NCBI GenBank assembly: GCA_002104905.1
Contig: MCFE01000598.1
Span: 1-54,785, forward strand
Direction of reading: 5' to 3'
DNA from: Basidiobolus meristosporus CBS 931.73
Taxonomy: Eukaryota > Fungi > Basidiobolomycota
Length of the DNA: 54,785 bases
Part shown: positions 22,929-33,299 of the stretch, in pieces
Layout: each line of letters begins with the position of its first letter
Position numbering within the stretch: the stretch's first letter is position 1
Notes under the pieces: model-generated
What the model was told of the DNA's origin: nothing
Database searches by the model: none
What the model saw: only the letters and a program-made list of their open reading frames with translations
Made by a program: the position numbers and the translations under genes

Positions 22929-24173
22929 TTAGGCGATCAACGATTTGAACCAACTGTCTTCAAAGACCTCGTTTACAGTGATGCGGGTGTCTGGGTTGGG
23001 ATCCAACATCTTACGGATAAGAGGGAACGACTTCTTGGGGATGTGAACAAAGAAATCTTCGTTGTCTCTGTATTGTAGATACAGAGCGTAGTTGGCCTCT
23101 GATGGCTTGGCCACATCCCAAGGGAACTTGTTCAGAACCATGCAGAGATAGATGATGGCGGCTGACCAAATATCGGCCTTGGCGGGATCATATGCTTGAC
23201 CGCTGAAGATTTCGGGGGCAATGTATGGATCAGAGCCCGTGAGCTCGTGTGCCTTGGCGTGGCTTCCTTCGTGGAGGGGATCTAAGAATATGAAGGCGCA
23301 ACCGAAGTCGACAATCTTCAAGGTACCCTTCTCATCAACACAAAGGTTCTCAAGCTTGAGATCACGATGGGCTACACCGCGATGGTGTAGATAGGCGATG
23401 CCACGCATCAACTGTACAAAGTAGGCGTCGATCTCCCGCTGGGTTGGTTGGTTGGCTTTGATGGTGTTGAAAAGATCCTGTGGGCAATATTCCATCACCT
23501 CGTGGATCTGACCATTCTCCAAGACCACATCCACGGTTTGGATGACATTTTCGTGAACAAGCGAAGCACCAATGTACACTTCATTGCTGATCCATCCGTA
23601 GTAATGGTCTGCATTCTCCCCTCTTCCCATCTTACGGAAGCTTTTGACCGCGTATTTCTTGCCAGTTCGAGGGCAAGTGGTGATTCGGACTCCACCCATG
23701 GGGCCGCTGTAAATGGAATCGGTAAACGGACCGTACAGCTGGTTCAATGATGGGGCGGAGCGCTTTCTGAGTGCCTCCAGTAGAGGAGCACAATACTGGC
23801 TTACTGGGGCTGGTGAAGGCTCGTGGGATTTGGAGGATTGGTGGAAGATGGTGGAGAAGAATCCGCTGTGTCTGGTGGACTTGCGATCCTTCTTGGCATC
23901 CTTGAATCTAAATCTACTGGGAACCTTGCACAATGAGGACATGCTGACTGTGAAGGAGTCATGGGCGTTGTTGTCCGTATGGGCGCTGGGAGCGGAAGAG
24001 GCTATGCTGCTGACCCCGGATCTGATAGAACAGTTATCAAAGGTGGAGCATTGAGAGAAGAGAGATTCTTGGGAATGGAACGGAATATGAATCCCTTTGT
24101 TGGCCGAGTTGGTGCGCATGTGATTGATCCCTCCATGGTTGTAGGGAATTACCATTGGTTTGGTGACTGACAT
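22929..24173 (-). CDS. NPR/HAL-family Ser/Thr protein kinase, copy 2, intronless
   Basis: 414-aa ORF paralogous to 14245-15459, with HRDLKLENL, DFG, GSDPYIAPE and the shared N-terminal KGIHIPxHSQESL. Confidence 0.9.
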   Translation of the reverse strand: MSVTKPMVIPYNHGGINHMRTNSANKGIHIPFHSQESLFSQCSTFDNCSIRSGVSSIASSAPSAHTDNNAHDSFTVSMSSLCKVPSRFRFKDAKKDRKSTRHSGFFSTIFHQSSKSHEPSPAPVSQYCAPLLEALRKRSAPSLNQLYGPFTDSIYSGPMGGVRITTCPRTGKKYAVKSFRKMGRGENADHYYGWISNEVYIGASLVHENVIQTVDVVLENGQIHEVMEYCPQDLFNTIKANQPTQREIDAYFVQLMRGIAYLHHRGVAHRDLKLENLCVDEKGTLKIVDFGCAFIFLDPLHEGSHAKAHELTGSDPYIAPEIFSGQAYDPAKADIWSAAIIYLCMVLNKFPWDVAKPSEANYALYLQYRDNEDFFVHIPKKSFPLIRKMLDPNPDTRITVNEVFEDSWFKSLIA

Positions 24174-24483
24174 GGTGTTTGTGCAGCAAGATTACTATAA
24201 GTAAATCAATAAATAATGATACACAGGATTGCATACTGGTTGTCCTGCGGGTCCGTATATATAGCAAATCCATTCGGAAAATCGTTTTTTCTATCAACCG
24301 TCCCATCACTCCTCACCCACGATTATCTCCATATCTCGACTGCAATCAGATGAAGGGATTTTATTAGGTTGAAACGATCATTTGCCCATTCGATTGGATT
24401 GACACGATTCCAGCTGGCCAAGACCTCGCAGTATTCGGTTTAATTAACGTGATGACAGAGTCGACCCAGCGTGCATTGGATCT

Positions 24484-24547
24484 CATACCCCCCCCGCAAC
24501 GATCAGTACGATAGATTTCATACCCTCCCGCAACGATCAGTACGATA
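24484..24547. repeat. About 30-bp direct repeat with 35-bp period upstream of kinase 2
   Basis: cataccccccccgcaacgatcagtacgata and cataccctcccgcaacgatcagtacgata. Confidence 0.85.
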
Positions 24548-25816
24548 ACCAGGGGCGGGTATTCATAATGCCTCGCGCCATCGTAGTGCTGCCCAAGGAA
24601 ATACCTATTACCGATCTTGGTTATTTGTTATCTGGAAAAACCTTGAATAGCTTCGCAGCCAAATATGTAGTGTTGGTTTCTTTAAATGGCCCTACGAGGC
24701 CCATGATTAGCAAGCCCAAGATATCCCATCCCACTCGTGACTCAATCGATCTGCCTAATGTACTACATACACGCTGCGCTTGTTGAACTTGTCGGACTAA
24801 ATAATCCTGCCAATTCCCATTTGTGTTCAAGAACTCTCGTCAGTGAGCGAAGCAAGACTTATACCTCTTTAGGTAAGCTGGACAATGGTTATGGTGACTC
24901 AACCTCCATATTGTATTCTGTCACTTTGATAGGATACTTTAGGTTGCTTGATTTCTAGGAGTAGCGTTTAATTAAGCCCATCGGTCACTGGCTTTGGTGT
25001 AGAGTGGCACATATTTGCCTGAGTCGAGTGATACGCGAACAACATTCAGAACGAGGGTTGGGCTCAAGCGATAAGGAGCATATCAGTCAACATTGAGCGA
25101 GCCTAACTCGGACCATCAATGAACTGGCCTCGTCGCTCGAGTAGTCGGCCAATTATTTTACCATCAGTTGGCGTAGAGTGGCATCAGTGTTTAGGTGAGC
25201 GAATGTAGGCACCTGCCAAATCGATGTCCACTTGAGTTTGATTTTATCGATAACACCTGACTCCTATCGCTTTATACTACGTTGAATGGGAAAATACTGA
25301 ATAAGCTCGTCATAAGACAAATGGTTTTTCCTGGATCGCTTTGAATGCTAAACTTTTGGAATGGTGCATGCAATATCCTTTTCCGGCAGGCCCTCTGCCA
25401 AATTCAGTTAGCTATGAGGTCAGAGGGTCGTGGACAACGTTTATCCCGATCCGCGTAATCTTTTTGGAGGTTTTTCAATATGGCTGATTCTTAGCTGGAC
25501 GGCGATAGTGCCAGTCGGGTGTTTTAGGGCTTGGGAGCAATCGCCCCTGAGTGATGAGTAATTGCTTGAACTCTACATCAAGCAAACATCCCTAATTCGC
25601 TGAGCTTTTTTTACAAGTTGGCTGTGCTCATTATGTAATCAGATCATAGAGATAGGTAATACTTTTGCGAGATCCACTCTGCTTTATTCTGTGCAAAATA
25701 CCGGAGTCGAATGATATGGAATAGTATGATACTGGGGAGAATATCTCGTTTTACAGTGCGATGGGCATCTGGGTAACGCATCCATCTAGATCCAATCTTG
25801 TATGAGCCTCGTTATC

Positions 25817-28298
25817 TCAGGACTGCTTTATACCCACTAATGACAGACCAATCCTCTTTCTGGCTGGGTCAATGTTTTCTACGCGTACTTCACACACTTG
25901 TCCGGTGCGTAGCGAATGGTTGTTCATGTGTGAGGTGTGGATCAGCCCATTTTCATGGATCCCAATATCTACGAAAGCACCAAATTGTGTAACGTTGCTT
26001 ACCGTCCCTTCCAATGTCATCCCCCCTTTCAGGTCGTGAATATCTCGAACGTCAGGGTTCATTTCCGCCACAACAAAGGCAGATCTAGGGTCTCTTCCAG
26101 GCTTTTCCAGCTCGGCTATTATATCTTGGACAGTAATCACCCCACTATCGGAGTCCGGGTCAACGAATTCATTTGGATCAAGGCTGCGAAGCATACTGGG
26201 CTTGATGCTCTCTATGTCTTTGACCTTCAGTTTCTTGAGAATTTTCCGAGCGATATGGTATGCTTCAGGATGGATACCCGTCGAGTCTAATGGTTCCCGT
26301 TGTGCCTCATTTGGACTTTGCGGGTTTGGTGGGATGCGTAAGAATCCTGCGCACTGCTGGAACGTCTTCTTTCCCAAACGCGGAACTTCCAGAAGCTCCT
26401 TTCGATTGGAAAATGGCCCGTGGGTATCTCTGTATTTCACAATTTCAGTCGCCACCTTTTCTCCCAATCCGGAGACATAGGTCAAGAGTTCCGCCGAGGC
26501 GGTGTTCAGTATAACCCCAACAAGATTGACGCAGTCCTCTACTGTACAGGTAAGCGATTTCCCGAGCTTTCCGGGGTTTATGTCATGCTGATACTGCCCG
26601 ACTCCAAGTGATTTGGGGTCTATTTTCACCAATTCTGCTAATGGGTCTTGCAGTCGCCTGCCAATGGAGATTGCCCCTCGAATGGTTACGTCCAAGTCTG
26701 GAAACTCTTTTACGGCCAACGGTGACGCCGAGTACACCGATGCCCCTGCTTCAGAAACCACCACTTTGGTGGGTTTTTCGGGGCGTTTTTTAGACGACTG
26801 CCGATCATCAAACGAATCCAAGAGCTCCTGGACCAACAACGATGTTTCCCTTGACGCAGTTCCGTTGCCGATCGCAATCAACCCTACGTCGTACTCGACA
26901 CACAATCTCCTAAGGGCTTCACGGGCCTCGTCCCATTTGGCTTGAGGCGGATGCGGATAAATAACGCTATGGTGTAGCAATGCACCGGTGTCGTCGATGA
27001 CGGCTACCTTGACCCCAGTACGAAACCCTGGGTCAAGTCCGATGGTGGGCTTTCGGCCGGCGGGTGGTGATAACAATATATCTCGAAGATTTGAAGCAAA
27101 CACCTGGATGGCCTTTTCCTCAGCTTGGGCTTTCAGCTCTTTCATGATCTCCGTCTCGATTCTTTTGGCCATTTTGGTTGACCACGTCTGGTTGACGATA
27201 TCTTTCATGAAGTGCCTGTCGTAGTGTATCTGAAGGTGACGCATGATTCTTTTCGGATACTCCTCGGCATTCTTGATGGCGACCATGTCATCACTATGTT
27301 TCTGCCGGCCCAGCTCTTCGAATTTCCGTTTCGCGCTGGTCTTTGTCGGACCCCTCGTCCTGGTGGCTAGCTGGCAAGTCAGAAAGCCCTCGTTCTGACC
27401 ACGCAAAATGGCCATGAGCTGATGGGACGCGATTCTACGGATGCTCTCTTCTCGATAAAAATAGTCCCGATACAGGTCGGCACCACGCTTGGCTTCCGCC
27501 TGCTTCTCGCCTGCTTTCGAGCTCTTCTTTCCGCTTGGCTTGGGTTTTTTATTGGTTTCACTCTTGACGATTCCCTTTTTCGGAGTAACCATCAAGTAGC
27601 CATACTGGTTTAAATTCTCTCGGATCTCTCCGAGTCAAACCTGGATCCTCCGCGATGATGTCTATGATAAGTGCGATGGAGCCTTCGAGGGCGAGCTGGT
27701 GGTCTTTTCTATACTCCGAGGCCTCTTGGGTGACCTTGGAATCCAATCGATTCTCCCGGAGAAAGTCCTTGGCGATAGTCAACGCCAGAGCCCGGGTCTT
27801 GGGGTGGATGCTCAAGAGTTTTCTCGCCAATGGCTCGAGACCCGCTTCCGAGGCCAGCTTGGACTTGGTTCCTTTCCGCTTGGGTTTGAAAGGCAGATAG
27901 ATATCCTCCAAGTCGATCTTTTTGAACGTGTTCTCGATACGCTTCTTCATTTCCGCGCTGAGATTCCCCTCTTTTTTCAGCGTCTTCACGATGGCCAGTT
28001 TTCGGGATTCCAATTCGAGCATGTACTCCAGGCGCTCCTCTAGAGTACGCAACTGCACGTCGGTCAAATTCCCCGTCAACTCCTTACGGTATCTGGCTAT
28101 GAATGGCACCGTCATTTCCTCTTGTTTTAGAAGCCTGAGGACGGTTTTGATTTGGCCAGTGGTCGCCCGGAACTCGCCTGCGAGTACTTCTAGTGTGGCG
28201 GCGGGAAGCTTGGTAACTTTAGGAGAGTTCGACTCTGTAGAAGACTCAGAGTCCGAGTCCGGGTATTCTTCCTTTTTCCTCTTGTTCTTTGAAGCCAT
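25817..28298 (-). CDS. tex: Tex/YhgF transcription accessory protein (Tex_N, YqgF-like, HhH, S1) with one frameshift near 27635; about 826 aa if repaired
   Basis: TVPFIARYRKELTG, LEDIYLPFKPKR, GLDPGFRTGVKVAVID, IAIGNGTASRET, VSEAGASVYSAS, RRLQDPLAELVKIDPKSLGVGQYQHD and a C-terminal S1 domain (FGAFVDIG). The two ORFs join by removing 1 nt. Confidence 0.88.
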
Positions 28299-29109
28299 TG
28301 TAGGGAGTATTCGTTCAGTGGCTGTGTATGAAGTAGGAGTGGGCGTAACACAGTAAACAAAGGGCATTCTTGTTTTGACAAATCGAATAGATGAACAAGA
28401 GGGACAGCCAATCAGTGAGAAGGGGAAAAAAATCCAATCCCTCACAAAAATTGAAGATCCTTGTCCCATGATCTGCCACGGTCAATAAATACTTGAATCG
28501 CATGCATTGCGAACCTCATACATTAAGGCCCTATCGAAGCTCTGATGCATAGTTTTTCCATATGCCTATAGAGTCAATGTGTGGCCCATAAGGCGATAGT
28601 CCCAATAATGGCATATAGCGAAGCTCAAATAATTGTTGCTCGACTAACGAAACCATATTGGTATATAATCATCTCCCATATCTGCATAAATTGGACAAAT
28701 TAATTAATCACCGTGTCAAATCTACTGACAAATTACTGTGCCAACCACCGTCTCCACATTAAACCGTGTGCGGTCAAGGTCAAACCCCAAACTAAGGGCT
28801 GGAGTGGGAGGCACATTTTGGAGTTGTCACTCCGGAAATTTAAGCACGTTGCTGGAGTGTGCTACTGGAAGGATGATCGTTGTTAGGGATGCATTGGTCC
28901 TGGTACAGCTTACCAAGGTTAACTACAAACTACAGATCATACCATTTCTAGTCAAATGGATGTTTAGAAGGAGTGCATAGTAGATACCACCTAACTGGTA
29001 GATCTGACAATCCGATCAATGAAGACCTTATCGTGGATAAGTGTCCGACTTCAGTATATATACAGACACCATGTGCTGTGCAAAATCATATCACCATTAG
29101 TTTCCCAAA

Positions 29110-29457
29110 ATGTTCTCTCTCTTCCACGACGGACGTCCAATGGAGATGCCTGGATATATGGAAGTCCACCTTCCCAAAGAGAAGCGCCTCCGTATCGCAC
29201 TACTGCTGCAGAGCAGACTACGCGAGATAACGGATACCATGTTCTTGAATGGTAAGAAGTCCTCATCCTCCACTGACCCAAATCACCGCGATAGTGGGGA
29301 CTATCTGGATGACCTGGAAGGTGTGCGTATCAAGCTGAAGGAGGTGTTGTTTACCGACGCCATTACCATTGGGTTTACTGGAGACACCAGTGACTCCAAG
29401 CTCGAGACCCTAAGGTTCACTCTGACACCCAAGGTGGCACGCAGCTGGGATTCATAA
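29110..29457 (+). CDS. Hypothetical 115-aa protein
   Basis: ATG-started ORF with gene-like composition between Tex and the sHSP. No recognisable family. Confidence 0.5.
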   Translation: MFSLFHDGRPMEMPGYMEVHLPKEKRLRIALLLQSRLREITDTMFLNGKKSSSSTDPNHRDSGDYLDDLEGVRIKLKEVLFTDAITIGFTGDTSDSKLETLRFTLTPKVARSWDS

Positions 29458-29798
29458 TATCAAACTCATGTAGATATATGCATACAACCATTTTGAACCG
29501 AACTATTACCATATTATCGTTAATATTAATTCCCCCTAATGACAAAGAATACCTGGCTAATTCCTTAATCCAAGCGTCCCTAACCTCGCTGAAGTTGCTG
29601 CTTATGCCACGTAAACTTCCATTTTGATCTTGACATTGCGGTCGAAATCCATCATAGACCTCCAATCGAATTTTGACAAGAGTGGCCTCCAACGTGGAAG
29701 AAATCCCTGAATTCCAATGGAAAAACGTATCAATTCCATAGGGCATATAAGTATCAATCCCAAAGGGCAGGCACCTCTCAACCAACCAACCAACCAAC

Positions 29799-30242
29799 AT
29801 GAAAGCAACCAGCACCAGCTCCGTCCTCATCTGCCTTCTCGGCACACACCTTGCACAGGGTTTTCTCATACCAACCTTTGATATTCCAATGTTCAGCAAG
29901 ATGGATAGGGCCGTCTCTGCCTACCATAGCCGTACATATCCTGAGGAGTATATCCTTAATCTAGAGGTCCCGGGGATCTCTCCCGAAGAGCTGAGTATCT
30001 CTTACAAGAATTCACAGCTTATCGTCGAGGGTGAGCATCAATGCGGCACCGAGGAGGAGGCGCGTGGTTGTTTGCCAAAGCGTGTCGGCCAAGTGTTTAT
30101 CCTTCCACGGGATATAAACCCAGACAGCATCGAGTCCACGCTGGAGAATGGGGTGTTGACCATTCGTAGCGCCAGACATCAGGCACCAGTCAGGAAAGTG
30201 GTGATCAAAGCTGGTCATCCCAAAGCTGATAATCCAAGCTGA
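29799..30242 (+). CDS. Small heat-shock protein (HSP20/alpha-crystallin domain) with predicted signal peptide
   Basis: LEVPGISPEELSISY, LIVEGEH, FILPRDINPDSIESTLENGVLTI and a C-terminal V-V-I motif. The N-terminus MKATSTSSVLICLLGTHLAQG|F fits a signal peptide. Confidence 0.85.
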   Translation: MKATSTSSVLICLLGTHLAQGFLIPTFDIPMFSKMDRAVSAYHSRTYPEEYILNLEVPGISPEELSISYKNSQLIVEGEHQCGTEEEARGCLPKRVGQVFILPRDINPDSIESTLENGVLTIRSARHQAPVRKVVIKAGHPKADNPS

Positions 30243-30481
30243 TTTGTAACTTGCATGTAACCTCACCTAAATAAACACTTATTTCAACTCTCATTTCGGT
30301 GACGACATTCTCGTTTGTCCAGCATCGACCTCCGAAACTTGTCTGAAGCATGAAACCGATTCCAACCGACCCATGAAACCTGTGCGTAGCTACTAAAGAA
30401 CGGTCACTGCCTACATGCAACGTCCTAAATTCCTAATCGATCAACCTCCCTTCCTAACCTCTTAAATACTAACCCACGTTA

Positions 30482-30787
30482 ATGGACGCACTTCCCAACG
30501 AGATTCTATTAGAAATCCTCTGCCTCATGAATGGCTCGGAGATGGTAAGCCTTGAACTGGTGTGCAAACGCTGGAGACGCTTGGTTGGCTCGGAAATACT
30601 GTGGCATCAGAAGTGCACCCAGGAATTCCCATTTCTTTGTCTGCCCGCCGTATGCCCTGGAAACGCGCGTACCCTAGACAAACGCCATTTCTCTGTCCCA
30701 TTTTTACCCTCCTCTGCTTCAATAAAATTCTCCGAGAATTGGAGTTATCGCAGCATTTATCGAGAGTTGAGTAGAATCTGGGTTTAG
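30482..30787 (+). CDS. F-box domain protein (short; 3' structure uncertain)
   Basis: MDALPNEILLEILCLM...LELVCKRWRRLVGSEILWHQKC is a canonical F-box. No clear substrate-binding domain. Confidence 0.7.
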   Translation: MDALPNEILLEILCLMNGSEMVSLELVCKRWRRLVGSEILWHQKCTQEFPFLCLPAVCPGNARTLDKRHFSVPFLPSSASIKFSENWSYRSIYRELSRIWV

Positions 30788-30805
30788 ATTTAACCCCCCC
30801 TCCTG

Positions 30806-30844
30806 AACCTTAACCTTAATCTTAACCTTAACCTTACTTTAACC
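30806..30844. repeat. (AACCTT)n hexamer run
   Basis: aacctt aacctt aatctt aacctt aacctt directly after the F-box stop. Confidence 0.85.
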
Positions 30845-31115
30845 ATCAGCCTTAATCGTAATCGTACCGCATTTAATCAGCATGTAGAAACATCCACTCA
30901 TCACCACTTCGCATCCACATGTAGATCACTTCATGACAATTCAGTCTGTAGCCTGAAGATCCATAGACTACCTGGTAAATAAAAGGTCCATGGCTGCAAT
31001 GAACAAGACATGCTGTTTTGAGGCGGTTTATACATCACTAGCATTTATTCCGAGGGTTACTGAATCACACACAAATCATGCTGCCTATTATTACAGAGGT
31101 TGGGGGCTACTTCGG

Positions 31116-32754
31116 CTACATGGAATCCTCCTGAAGACTACATAGAAGTCGGATCACGTCGGTCAGGGAAACCACCCCAACTGGATGCCCATTGGCATCA
31201 GCCACCCAAATGCGATGCGCTTTGGTAGCAAGCATTTTGGCGACGGTATGACGGAGTGTGGCATCCGGTGGAACATCATAAATGGGCGCGTGGTCCTATG
31301 AAGAGAAAGGCGAAGTAAATACCGGTGTGGCTAACAGATCCATGCCATGCAAACGAGACATACAGCCCCACGCTCGAGTCCCTGGTCCAGACGAACTTGC
31401 GAGATGAACTGGATACAGTTGCCGTGAAGTACCGAGTGACGATAGTTCTTCTGGATATATTGCTGTTCGATCGCTTTCAGTAAGACGATGCGCCGTGTGA
31501 GGATCAAGAGCCGAAGGTACTTACTTTGACATCCGAGAGGGAGATGTTGCCGAGCACATGATCCGAATGATCAATGACCGCTACAGAAGACAGTCCAGTA
31601 CGAACTATGGTAATGAGGAATGAGCGGTGGGCAAGGTTCGTTGGTGCAACAATCTACAAAACTCCACTTACGCAACAATGCCATGGCGTCAATCACCCGT
31701 CGATCCATATTAATGGATATCACCTCGGATTTTCCGATGCTCAACTCAGGCAACTATCAACGAGCATCGAGTTAGCATATTGCACCCAACCTGTATGGCT
31801 CGACACTTACGGTTTTTTGGAAGAGGGCTTTCAGGTCAGGGTAATCCTGTAGCTGTGATGTGGAAGTGTGAATACCGGTTGAATACAATCCACCCAATCC
31901 TTCAGATGACTTACCTTATTGAAGATGAATTTCACGACAAGCGATTGTGAGAGAATCCCCTACACGCAATCCTATTCAGTGACCAGGCGCCGAGTGACAG
32001 GATCTACATGGCAATACGTACCCTGATGTTCCCACCATCATCAACGACAACGACTAGAGTTGGTAAGAGAATCTGGAGTTCAGTGTCTACACGCAACGCA
32101 ACGCAACAGCACATACTCAGAATATACCTCTATGAACCGAGGTGCTCAGCAGATCCAAGATTTGGATGAGGGAGGTGTTCTCGGTGATGGAATAGAACGG
32201 GTTTTGTTGGGATAGGTCTGGGAAGGTGATCAGCGTGCTGTCCGAGGGAGAAGGCGAGGGTTACGAGAAGTACCTGAGGCGAGTTTGACCGGGATTCTCT
32301 CCGCGTTCGAGGTTTTTTTTAGCAGGTCGGTGATTTCTTGTGAAGTTTCGATGTCGAGGATACTGCTTCGCTCCTTCACACCTAGCACGTACGTGAGCAT
32401 GTCGCGATAGTCGAACATCCCCACAAACGAGCCGGTTTCCCTATCGTAGATGGGGGCCGAGCTGACCCCGGTTTCGATCAGGGTCTATTCGTGGAGAGGT
32501 TTAGTTCGTAATTGGAGTTCTGGTTGACTTGACACAAGACAGTCTTACCTGTACGGCAGTTTCCAGGGTGACCTCACCATCACTAGTTTTAGTAAAACAG
32601 CTTAGTAAGCAGGGGGGGATGGGCACTACTCAACGACTACATACATGACGATGACTTCCTGAACTTTGATAAGATCCTTGGCTTTGATCATGCCCCAGTC
32701 ATTCTGAACTTCTGAAAGACCAGCACGATGGGCAGAATAGTCGGTTTGACTCAT
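31116..32754 (-). CDS. SDS23: Sds23/Sds24-like CBS-domain protein, 11 exons
   Basis: Manual splicing of 10 GT-AG introns gives MSQTDY...GVSSAPIYD...FVGMFDYRDML...VKLASDLSQQNPF...HRVVVVD...GILSQSLVV...GLSSVAVID...GNISLSDVK...LATKAHRIWV...GVVSLTDVIR...DSM*. Confidence 0.85.
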
Positions 32755-33299
32755 ATGGAGAACTAAGAAAAGACTAGAAATTTGATTTAATAATACGAAG
32801 GCTCGATTTTCGAAGAGTTCACGTATTTATTGCGTCCAAAGGAACGGAGCAGTCCCAAGCTTGGCTTCTAGATCCACTCATTGGTCACAGGTTTCAACCA
32901 CAATCCTAATCGATCCAGCTGGAGAAGTCCGCTGCGAGAGAATCGCACTAATTCGATTGCCATGAGATCATTTGATGTTGAAACCGTCATTTTATGGCAA
33001 TGGTTAGCGACACTACTCCAAAAACGCCTAAAATTGTGATCTGATGTGGTACTCATTGTAGCCACCAAGTGCTCGCATCATGTCAAATTCCGCACATTCG
33101 TAGTCTGATGACGGTCCCTACGAGAATCGCCATCCCGATCCGACCCAGCCCAACCCAACCCTAACCCTTACCGTGATCCTAATCAACCCCGCTAATTCCT
33201 TGCATTATTTTGCCAAACCTGCCTAAATAGCAGCGAGGTAAAATTGTGGGAATTTGGCGAAGGGTCGCTTGAGCGGGGTTGACCAATACTTCCCACAGA

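Noticed and set aside
27628-27640. 13-nt GT-AG intron to repair the Tex frameshift
   Set aside because: Far below the 54-75 nt intron size seen in this window, with no room for a branch site.
30806-30844. Telomere or chromosome end
   Set aside because: Only about five AACCTT units, internal, non-canonical, with genes on both sides.
31090-31852. Plus-strand degenerate exons continuing the F-box gene
   Set aside because: This interval is fully explained as exons and introns of the minus-strand SDS23-like gene.
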